Of a stretch of DNA of 28,758 nt, positions 17,267 to 24,824 are shown piece after piece. Numbering within the stretch: the first letter of the stretch is position 1; each line of letters begins with the position of its first letter. The notes under the pieces were generated by a model. The model had not been told where the DNA came from and made no database searches. It saw only the letters and a list, made by a program, of their open reading frames with translations. Where the stretch lies: positions 1 through 28,758 of the forward strand of contig JASHWB010000242.1 of NCBI GenBank assembly GCA_030044295.1. Reading direction: 5' to 3'. Source of the stretch: Candidatus Acidiferrales bacterium. GTDB taxonomy: Bacteria > Acidobacteriota > Terriglobia > Acidiferrales > UBA7541. The translations under genes and the position numbers were made by a program.

Positions 17267-19006
17267 ATGCGCCCGATCGCGTTCTCACGCACCGCCGCGG
17301 CCGTTTGCGTGCTTTTAGCTGCCGCGGCGCTTTCGGTGCTGGCTCAGCCGGCGCAGAATGCCTCGCCCGCCCAGCAGGCAATTGGCAAGCGCGGCGGCAC
17401 TCTTACGGTCGCGCTCCGTTCCGAGCCCAAAACCCTCAATCCCGCTCTTGCCACTGACCAATCATCTCAGGACGTGATCTATTGCATGAACGCCGATCTG
17501 ATTCACATCAATCGCCTGTCCCAGCGAACCGAGCCCGACCTTGCCGAGTCCTGGACCGTCTCACGTGACGGCAAAGCGTACACGCTGCATCTCCGCCGGG
17601 GCTTGCGCTTTTCCGACGGCCAACCATTTACAGCCGACGACGTCGTTTTCAGCTTCCGCGTCTACCTTGACGATAAAGTCGGATCGCCTCAGCGCGATCT
17701 CTTAATCATTGGCGGAAAGCCACTCTCCGTCCAGAAGATCGACTCCTACACCGTGCGTTTCGTCCTCTCTCAACCGTATGCCGCTGCTGAGCGCCTGTTC
17801 GATGGCTTTCCCATTCTCCCGCGCCATTTGCTCGAAAGAGCATACCGTAGCGGCGACTTCTCGAAATCCTGGACGGTTTCGAGTGCGCCCAGCCAGCTCG
17901 CCGGAATGGGCCCTTTTCGTCTCGCTGAATACGTTCCTGGTCAGCGCATCGTCCTGGACCGCAATCCATACTACTGGAAACGTGACGGCGCCGGTCAGCA
18001 GCTGCCCTATCTTGATAAATTGGTTTTTCTCTTCGTGCCGAGCGAGGACGCACAGGTAATTCGTTTTCTGTCCGGCGATACGGACGTACTCAGCCGCTTC
18101 AGCTCCGAGAACTATTCGGTCCTCAAGGCCCAAGCGGCCGTCAAGCGTTTTCACCTGGACGATCTCGGCCCTAGCCTCGAATACAACTTTCTCTTCTTTA
18201 ATCTCAACGATTTGCGCGGCAAGAATCTTCCGCAGATCGCCGAGAAACAAAGCTGGTTTCGCGACCTTCCCTTCCGCCAGGCCGTCTCCCAGGCGATCGA
18301 CCGCACCGCTATCGTTCGCCTCGTCTATCAAGGTCGCGCGGCAGCCCTTGCCGCACAAGTGACCCCTGGAAACAAGCTCTGGCTAGATCCCGCGATTCAA
18401 CCCCCGGTTCAATCCATCGATCGCGCCCGGCAACTTCTCAAATCCGCCGGATTTTCGTGGCGTTCGGATGGCTCGCTCGTTGATTCGCGTGGAAAGTCCG
18501 TCGAATTTTCCATCCTTACCAGTTCCTCGAACGCGCAGCGCACCAAGATTGCCACTCTGATCCAAAGCGATCTGAGCGCGCTTGGAATGAATGTTCACGT
18601 TGTCTCGCTTGATTTCGGAGCCATGGTCGACCGCCTGCTCAATTCCTTCGACTACGAAGCCGCCATCATGGGCCTTGCGGATGGCGACGCCGATCCCAAC
18701 ACGGAAATGAATGTCTGGCTTTCCTCTGGTGGCATGCACATCTGGCACTTGAACGAAACCGGGCCGGCGAATCCTTGGGAGTCGGACCTCGATCATCTGA
18801 TGAACCAGCAACTCGTCACGCTCGATTACGCTAAGCGGCGCCGGCTATACGACCAGGTGCAGCAAATTGTGGCGCGGCAGCTGCCCATCATTTGCCTGGC
18901 CAGTCCGGACGTCCTCGTCGGCGCGAAAGATCGCGTCGGCAATTTCAGTCCGGCAATCCTCGAACCCTACGTGCTCTGGAACGTAGATCGAATCTATGGC
19001 CACTGA
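17267..19006 (+). CDS. Family 5 (OppA/DppA-like) ABC substrate-binding protein, Sec-exported with no lipobox
   Basis: Signal peptide ending LSVLA|Q. EPKTLNP, LAESWTVS, LRRGLRFSDGQPFTADDVVFS, GMGPFRL, RNPYYWK and FRQAVSQAIDR. Confidence 0.93.
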   Translation: MRPIAFSRTAAAVCVLLAAAALSVLAQPAQNASPAQQAIGKRGGTLTVALRSEPKTLNPALATDQSSQDVIYCMNADLIHINRLSQRTEPDLAESWTVSRDGKAYTLHLRRGLRFSDGQPFTADDVVFSFRVYLDDKVGSPQRDLLIIGGKPLSVQKIDSYTVRFVLSQPYAAAERLFDGFPILPRHLLERAYRSGDFSKSWTVSSAPSQLAGMGPFRLAEYVPGQRIVLDRNPYYWKRDGAGQQLPYLDKLVFLFVPSEDAQVIRFLSGDTDVLSRFSSENYSVLKAQAAVKRFHLDDLGPSLEYNFLFFNLNDLRGKNLPQIAEKQSWFRDLPFRQAVSQAIDRTAIVRLVYQGRAAALAAQVTPGNKLWLDPAIQPPVQSIDRARQLLKSAGFSWRSDGSLVDSRGKSVEFSILTSSSNAQRTKIATLIQSDLSALGMNVHVVSLDFGAMVDRLLNSFDYEAAIMGLADGDADPNTEMNVWLSSGGMHIWHLNETGPANPWESDLDHLMNQQLVTLDYAKRRRLYDQVQQIVARQLPIICLASPDVLVGAKDRVGNFSPAILEPYVLWNVDRIYGH

Positions 19007-19607
19007 GACGACTCTCGCTCCTGCTGAATCGCCGCAGCCAAAAAGCCTGCGAGACGACGCGGAGCTCGTTCGCGAGTGCCTCCGCGGCAACCAGGACGCC
19101 TGGTCCGCGGTCATCGAGAAATATAAAAATCTCATCTATTCCGTGCCCGTCAAATACGGCTTCTCGCCTGACGACGCGACCGACATTTTTCAGGCTGTCT
19201 GCCTCGAAATGCTTTCGGAACTCCCGAAGCTGCGCAAGCCGAAAGCGCTGCCGAAGTGGATCATCCAAGTTACCGTACACAAATGTTTTCACCACAAGCG
19301 CCAGCTTCTGCGCGTCAGCACCGCGGGATCGTCCGAAGATATGACCGAAAACGTGGTCGAGCGCAGCACATCTCCAGTTGCTGAGATGATCTTGCGCGAG
19401 GCCGAAGAAGAGCAGAGTTTCCGCAACGCGATCGCCAGCCTGGCTCCGCGCTGTCAACGCCTCATCCACATGCTCTTCTTTGAAGAACCCGCGCGTCCGT
19501 ACCAGGAAATCGCTGCTGAGCTTGGCTTGGCTCCAGGATCGATCGGCTTCATTCGTCAGCGTTGTCTGGATAAGCTGCGCACGAAACTGGAGCAGGCGGG
19601 TTTCTAG
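18996..19607 (+). CDS. ECF sigma-70 factor, resembling group ECF54
   Basis: Region 2 DAWSAVIEKYKNLIYSV...DATDIFQAVCL...ALPKWI; region 4 LAPRCQRLIHML...YQEIAAELGLAPGSIGFIRQRCLDKLR. The CQRL and GSIG..R.RCL.KLR signature plus the CHAT/subtilase neighbourhood match what I recall of ECF54; the group assignment needs an HMM check. Confidence 0.9.
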   Translation: MATETTLAPAESPQPKSLRDDAELVRECLRGNQDAWSAVIEKYKNLIYSVPVKYGFSPDDATDIFQAVCLEMLSELPKLRKPKALPKWIIQVTVHKCFHHKRQLLRVSTAGSSEDMTENVVERSTSPVAEMILREAEEEQSFRNAIASLAPRCQRLIHMLFFEEPARPYQEIAAELGLAPGSIGFIRQRCLDKLRTKLEQAGF

Positions 19608-22474
19608 TGGGCGCTGCCGCAAAAAAGAAGGCGATTTCTGCTGCCGTCTTGCGAAAGCTCGGATCGTTTACAGACGATGCCAGTCGCGAGCGCTATCTTA
19701 AAAGCCGCCCGGAACTTCTGCGGAAGGCTGCTGCTCTTCAGCTGAACGAACTCGTGCGCTCGAAGCTGCGCGCCGATACGCGTCAGGCTCTTTCCCTTGC
19801 CGAGTCCGCAATTGCCATCGCGCGGCGCGTCCGCAGCCGAGAGGCCTTGGCGCGGAGCCTTCGTTCGAAAGCAAATGCACTCTACATGCTCGGAGAAAAC
19901 AAAGGTGCGCTGGATTTTCACGCCGAGGCGCTGCGGATCTTCCGAGAGCTCGCCGACGGTCGCGAGCAGGCACGCACGCTGATCCCGACAATTCAGCCGC
20001 TGATCCTGCTGGGCGAATATCAACGCGCTTTCGATGTCGCGGCGGAAGCAAAACACATTCTGGAGCAGATCGGAGACGCGCAGCGCCTCGGCCATCTCGA
20101 AATCAACATAGGCAACATCTACCATCGCCAGGACCGTTTCGAGGAAGCTCTCGCGTGCTACGAGCGCTCTTACGAATCCCTGTTACCCTTCCGTGACTCG
20201 GAAGGCCTCGCCGTCGCCCTCTACAACATGGCCGTCTGCCTGATTTCGCTCAACGACTTTCCGCGCGCACTCGCCTCATATCAGCGCGCCCGCGAAATGT
20301 GCGTCCAGCATGGCATGACGCTTCTCGTCATTCAGGCGGACTACAACATCGCCTATCTCTACTATCTCCGCGGCGAATACAGCCGCGCCATTGAGATGTT
20401 GCGCGCCACACGGCAGAAATCCGAGGAAAATGGTGACGCACACATCCTCGCGCTTTGCTATCTCGATCTCTCGGACATTTATCTCGAACTCAATCTCAGC
20501 GCCGAAGCTCGCGAAGTCGCTCACGAAGGCTGGGAACGTTTCAGAAAGCTCGGAATGGGTTACGAAGAGGCGAAATGCCAGGCCAACGAAGCCATGGCGC
20601 TCAGCCAGCTCGGCAAAGCCATCCACGCTCTCGAGTTGTTCGATCGTGCGCGGGCCAAGTTTGTTCAAGAAAAGAATCTCGTCTGGCCTTGGCTGATCGA
20701 CTTATATCGCGCGCTGGTTCTGTTCAACGAAGGGCGCTATTTCGAGGCCCGCCGTTTTTGCGATCAGGCCGCAAAGTTCTTCGACACGTCGAATCTTCCT
20801 AACAAAGCTGTCTTATGCCATTTGCTGCTCGCCCGGCTGTCTTTTCGCACTGCCGACCTTTCGACGGCAAAAGATGAATGCGCGCGCGCTGGCGAGCGCC
20901 TTTCCGCGGTCGAAACTCCCTCCCTGCGCTTTCAAGCTGAATTTCTTGCTGGACAAGTTGCCGAAGCTTCCGGTTCGCTTCCCGATGCGTACCAGTCATT
21001 CCAGCGCGCCCGCGAAGCGCTCGAAACCCTTCGCAGCAGTCTTCATGGCGAAGAGCTGAAAATCTCGTTCATGAAGAATAGGCTCGAAGTATACGAATGC
21101 CTCGTCGACATCTGCACGAAGCGCCCGCAGACATCGGACGCGGCCGGAGAAACGTTCAGCTACATGGAAATGGCCAAATCGCGCAGCTTGGCGGAGCTCC
21201 TGGTTCACCACGCGCAGGCCTTGCCCGAGGCTCCGTCCGGACAGAGTGGTCTCGTTCGTAAAATTCGCGAAATGCGCGAGGAATTGAATTGGTATTATCG
21301 GCGGCTCGAAATCGAACAGTTGCAGACGGAAATGCCGTCTCCCGAACGCATCGAGGCATTGCGCCAAAAAGCAGCTGCTCATGAAACCAATCTTCTTCGC
21401 GCCCTTCGCGAGCTGCCTCAAGCAGAAATCGGCAGTCCAGACGTCGCGCCCGAGTCCATCCAGAGCATTCGTGGTGCGCTGTCCCAGGGAGCTGCTCTGA
21501 TCGAGTATTTCAGCGCGAAAGGCCATTTCCTGGCCGCCGTCCTCACGCATAGCTCGCTCGAAATCGTGCCTCTCACGCCGGTTTCGCGAATCGTTAGCCT
21601 GATGCGGATGCTGGAGTTCCAAATTTCAAAGTTCCGTCTCGGCGGCGACTACACACGCCAGTTTGAAAAGACGCTTTTGGAAGCCGCCCGGGCGCATCTC
21701 CGCAATCTCTTCGTCGAGATCTTCGCCCCATTACGCTCGCGGCTTTCTGCTGCGGATTTGATCGTCATTCCGCATGGCGTTCTGCACTACTTGCCGTTTC
21801 AGGCCTTGCTCGATGGGGATCGCTATCTGATCGACGATTTCTCGATCGCTTATGCGCCGAGTGCCGCAACATTCGCTCTTTGCCAGAGGAATTCCAGTGA
21901 ATGTGATGGCCCACCGCTCGTTCTGGGAATCCCTGACGCGCAAGCGCCGTTCATCGACGATGAAGTCCGGGCAATCGCCAAAATCTTACCCGGTGCCACC
22001 TTGCTGCTCGGACGCGAAGCCAACGAGGCGAACCTCCGTGCGCAAGGTCGCGGCAGCCGGGCGATTCACATCGCCACGCACGGTACGTTTCGTCAGGACA
22101 ATCCCATGTTTTCCAGCATTCGCCTCGGCGAAGGAAATCTGGCGTTGTACGACCTTTATCAGCTCAAGTTGGATTGTGAGTTGATGACCCTCAGCGGTTG
22201 CGCAACCGGCCTCAACGTCGTCACCGCCGGCGATGAACTTCTGGGCCTCGTTCGCGGTCTTCTTTTCGCCGGAGCTCGCTCGCTTTTGCTTTCGCTTTGG
22301 GACGTACACGATCGCACTACAGCGGACTTTATGACCGTCTTCTATGAACGGCTTGGTTCGGCGAGGTCTAAACCAACGGCGCTGCAACAAGCCATGATCG
22401 AGATGCGTGACCGCCACCCGCACCCTTACTTCTGGGCTCCGTTTACCCTCACTGGCAAGATCAGCGTCCCCTAA
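19607..22474 (+). CDS. TPR-CHAT protein: N-terminal TPR-like helical repeats plus C-terminal caspase-like CHAT protease domain
   Basis: 955 aa. Repeated TPR-like units (KANALYMLG..ALDFH; IGNIYHRQDRFEEALACYE; MAVCLISLNDFPRALASYQ; IAYLYYLRGEYSRAIE). CHAT motifs LIVIPHGVLHYLPF, IHIATHG (His825), LMTLSGC (Cys865), LSLWDVHD and HPYFWAPF. GTG overlaps the sigma stop by 1 nt. Confidence 0.93.
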   Translation: MGAAAKKKAISAAVLRKLGSFTDDASRERYLKSRPELLRKAAALQLNELVRSKLRADTRQALSLAESAIAIARRVRSREALARSLRSKANALYMLGENKGALDFHAEALRIFRELADGREQARTLIPTIQPLILLGEYQRAFDVAAEAKHILEQIGDAQRLGHLEINIGNIYHRQDRFEEALACYERSYESLLPFRDSEGLAVALYNMAVCLISLNDFPRALASYQRAREMCVQHGMTLLVIQADYNIAYLYYLRGEYSRAIEMLRATRQKSEENGDAHILALCYLDLSDIYLELNLSAEAREVAHEGWERFRKLGMGYEEAKCQANEAMALSQLGKAIHALELFDRARAKFVQEKNLVWPWLIDLYRALVLFNEGRYFEARRFCDQAAKFFDTSNLPNKAVLCHLLLARLSFRTADLSTAKDECARAGERLSAVETPSLRFQAEFLAGQVAEASGSLPDAYQSFQRAREALETLRSSLHGEELKISFMKNRLEVYECLVDICTKRPQTSDAAGETFSYMEMAKSRSLAELLVHHAQALPEAPSGQSGLVRKIREMREELNWYYRRLEIEQLQTEMPSPERIEALRQKAAAHETNLLRALRELPQAEIGSPDVAPESIQSIRGALSQGAALIEYFSAKGHFLAAVLTHSSLEIVPLTPVSRIVSLMRMLEFQISKFRLGGDYTRQFEKTLLEAARAHLRNLFVEIFAPLRSRLSAADLIVIPHGVLHYLPFQALLDGDRYLIDDFSIAYAPSAATFALCQRNSSECDGPPLVLGIPDAQAPFIDDEVRAIAKILPGATLLLGREANEANLRAQGRGSRAIHIATHGTFRQDNPMFSSIRLGEGNLALYDLYQLKLDCELMTLSGCATGLNVVTAGDELLGLVRGLLFAGARSLLLSLWDVHDRTTADFMTVFYERLGSARSKPTALQQAMIEMRDRHPHPYFWAPFTLTGKISVP

Positions 22475-22605
22475 CTCGCAACTAAAAATTCCGGGTTCTG
22501 GCTATATTTTTCGGTCGCCTACGTACCCTTATGGACAGGCGTGGATGGTAGGGGCAGGAGCGGCCTTTCTTGGATCGGCCGCAATTTATGGCATGGGGAG
22601 AGGAA

Positions 22606-23310
22606 ATGCGACATTTTTCGTCAGAGCGATGGGCAGGCTACGTTAGGAAGACATTGAAACCAAAGGACATGCAGGAAATGCAGGTTCACCTTCAAACGGG
22701 ATGTCGGGAGTGCGAAGCCGATCTAGCTGCTTGGATGCACATCAAAGAAATGGCCGCTCGTGAGAAGGCGTACCAGCCGCCAGCTGCGGCCGTGAAGATG
22801 GCCAAGGCGGCGTCGAAGCTCCACGGCGAACCTGCGCGACCATCAATTGCCAGACTCCTCTTCGACAGCTTTCACACACCGGTTGTCGCCGGTGTTCGCT
22901 CATCTCCCACCTCCGGCCAGCCCCGACAAGTGCTCTACGGGTTCGATAAGTATCGCGTGGACTTGCGCTTCGAGCCGAATTTCAACGCGGACGAGGTCCT
23001 CCTGGTTGGCCAAGTTTTGAACACTGCGGAATCCACCGAGAGTCTGGGACCAATCACGATTGCCTTAACGCGTGGTGGGCAAGTCCTCGGAACCGCGCGA
23101 ACCAACGAATTCGGCGAATTTCAGCTGGAATGCGATCTAGGCGGGCGCCTTGAGCTGCAACTTACGTTGCCAGGTGGTGCCACCGTGAAGATACCCATGG
23201 TTGAGCCTTCCGCCAGCCACGACGCCAAGGAACCCTCGCAACCCGCTGTTGCTAAAAGACTTGCTTCAAGGCTTAAGGCAAAGAAAAAAAGTACTAGGAA
23301 GAAGGTCTAG
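22606..23310 (+). CDS. Soluble putative anti-sigma factor: N-terminal zinc-binding (ZAS/zf-HC2-like) motif plus C-terminal carboxypeptidase-regulatory-like beta-sandwich
   Basis: GGAGAGG RBS before ATG 22606 (ORF track starts at 22570). H3-x24-H28-x4-C33-x2-C36 (HLQTGCREC). Linker LLFDSF..AGVRS; beta-rich RQVLY..VDLRF..LVGQV..TNEFGEF. No TM segment. Confidence 0.7.
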   Translation: MRHFSSERWAGYVRKTLKPKDMQEMQVHLQTGCRECEADLAAWMHIKEMAAREKAYQPPAAAVKMAKAASKLHGEPARPSIARLLFDSFHTPVVAGVRSSPTSGQPRQVLYGFDKYRVDLRFEPNFNADEVLLVGQVLNTAESTESLGPITIALTRGGQVLGTARTNEFGEFQLECDLGGRLELQLTLPGGATVKIPMVEPSASHDAKEPSQPAVAKRLASRLKAKKKSTRKKV

Positions 23311-23327
23311 TTCCAAGGAGCCTAAAA

Positions 23328-24809
23328 ATGGCCTCGCGTACCATGGAGAGAACAACTTCACCGAGCGATTCTCTCTCTTCATTTAGTTCACAAACGGGAA
23401 AGGGACCACTCGCGATTATGAAACGTCTTAGTTGCCTAATCGTTTTATTCCTTGCATTTACCGCTCGCCCCGTGAAAGCCCAGGGCCTGCTTGGCGGCCT
23501 GCTCGGAGGAGTCACTCAGACCCTTTCGAACACGGTGGGCGGCGTCACAAACCTTGTCGGTGATTTGCTCAGCCCTCCGCAGACCGTAATCGTCCAGACC
23601 ACCCTTGGTCTCTCGGGGTTGCAGCGCGAGTGCCAACTGAACGGCTGCACCGTCGTGCGAGGCCTGGATGGCGTGGAAGGCCAGGTGTTTCTCGTTCAGC
23701 CACAGCAGGGTCTGCTTCCAGATGTCCTTGCCGGTGTGCTGCGGCTCCTGACGGGTATTCTCGACGCCGAGCCGGATCAGCTCGTAATCATTCCGCCCAA
23801 CATCAGCTCTGGCGCGGTCCAGACCACAGTCCCGTCGAACTTATACCAAGAGACGCCCGTCAGCTACTATGGCAGCACCGTCTGGTACGGATACGCCTAT
23901 CAGCCCGCAGCGTCGATCATTCAGTCCGCTCAAGCGCAGAGAGCTTTCCACGTGACTGGCAACGCAATCGTCGCCGACATCGATACCGGCGTTGATCCCA
24001 ATCATCCGGCGCTGAAGCCGTTCTTGCTCACCGGATACAACTTCATAACCAATCAGCCTGGCGCTTCGGAATTGACTGACTTAAACGGTGCGACCGGCTC
24101 GGCCTGCAGTAGCTGCCAGGCCGCCTTCGTCGATCAGCACACTGCTGCAATGCTCGATCAGCACACTGCGGCGATGCTCGACGGATCCCAATATGCCGAT
24201 TTCGGACACGGCACGGAAGTTCTGGGAATGGTCCATCTGGTTGCTCCTACAGCCAAGCTGCTGCCCCTGAAGGCATTCAACTCCGACGGCAGCGGCGATC
24301 TCTCAAACATCCTGGCGGCGCTTTATTACGCCGTCCAGAATCACGCCAACGTCATCAATATGAGTTTTGAGCTTTCGTCCAGTTCGACCGCTCTGACCAA
24401 CGCGATCAACTACGCCAACGCTAACTCGGTGACTTTGGTCGCGTCTGCGGGCAACGACGGACAGGACGAAATGGTCTATCCGGCTGGCCTGTCGAACGTG
24501 ATCGGCGTCGCTTCAACGAATGATTACGACCAGCGGTCGAGCTTCTCGAACTACGGCGACCAGGTGGTTTGGGTTGCCGCGCCGGGCGAAAACGTCGTAA
24601 CAACGTATCCATTCGGCACGTATTCAGTGACGTCTGGCACGTCATTTACTTCGCCAATGGTTGCCGGCACAGCGGCGTTGCTGCTGAACCTCCAACCGAA
24701 CTTGAGTCCTTCTGCCGTAGCGAAGGCCATCTCGAACGCGCAGTGGATTGGACCCAATATGGGCTACGGCGAGCTCAACGTCGATTGGGCGCTCCAGTCG
24801 CTCTACTAG
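23328..24809 (+). CDS. Secreted S8 subtilisin-like serine protease (pre-pro form)
   Basis: Catalytic Asp in IDTG (23982), His in HGT (24207), oxyanion Asn in ASAGNDG, Ser in SGTSF (24642). Signal peptide MKRLSCLIVLFLAFTARPVKA from ATG 23418; the upstream ATG 23328 has an AAGGAG RBS. Confidence 0.93.
   Translation: MASRTMERTTSPSDSLSSFSSQTGKGPLAIMKRLSCLIVLFLAFTARPVKAQGLLGGLLGGVTQTLSNTVGGVTNLVGDLLSPPQTVIVQTTLGLSGLQRECQLNGCTVVRGLDGVEGQVFLVQPQQGLLPDVLAGVLRLLTGILDAEPDQLVIIPPNISSGAVQTTVPSNLYQETPVSYYGSTVWYGYAYQPAASIIQSAQAQRAFHVTGNAIVADIDTGVDPNHPALKPFLLTGYNFITNQPGASELTDLNGATGSACSSCQAAFVDQHTAAMLDQHTAAMLDGSQYADFGHGTEVLGMVHLVAPTAKLLPLKAFNSDGSGDLSNILAALYYAVQNHANVINMSFELSSSSTALTNAINYANANSVTLVASAGNDGQDEMVYPAGLSNVIGVASTNDYDQRSSFSNYGDQVVWVAAPGENVVTTYPFGTYSVTSGTSFTSPMVAGTAALLLNLQPNLSPSAVAKAISNAQWIGPNMGYGELNVDWALQSLY
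24132..24179 (+). repeat. In-frame 24-bp tandem repeat (2 copies) encoding DQHTAAML-DQHTAAML inside the S8 catalytic domain
   Basis: GATCAGCACACTGCTGCAATGCTC / GATCAGCACACTGCGGCGATGCTC: two differences, both synonymous Ala codons. Followed by a third Asp (GAC). Confidence 0.95.
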
Positions 24810-24824
24810 AAAAATAAGTTGACG

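Noticed and set aside
6326-22423. Many 100-230-aa antisense or alternate-frame ORFs (e.g. 6326-7000, 10774-11469, 13737-14432, 17702-18358, 18945-19622, 20996-21622)
   Set aside because: All lie within confidently assigned genes, lack motifs, and are expected from codon bias in GC-rich DNA.
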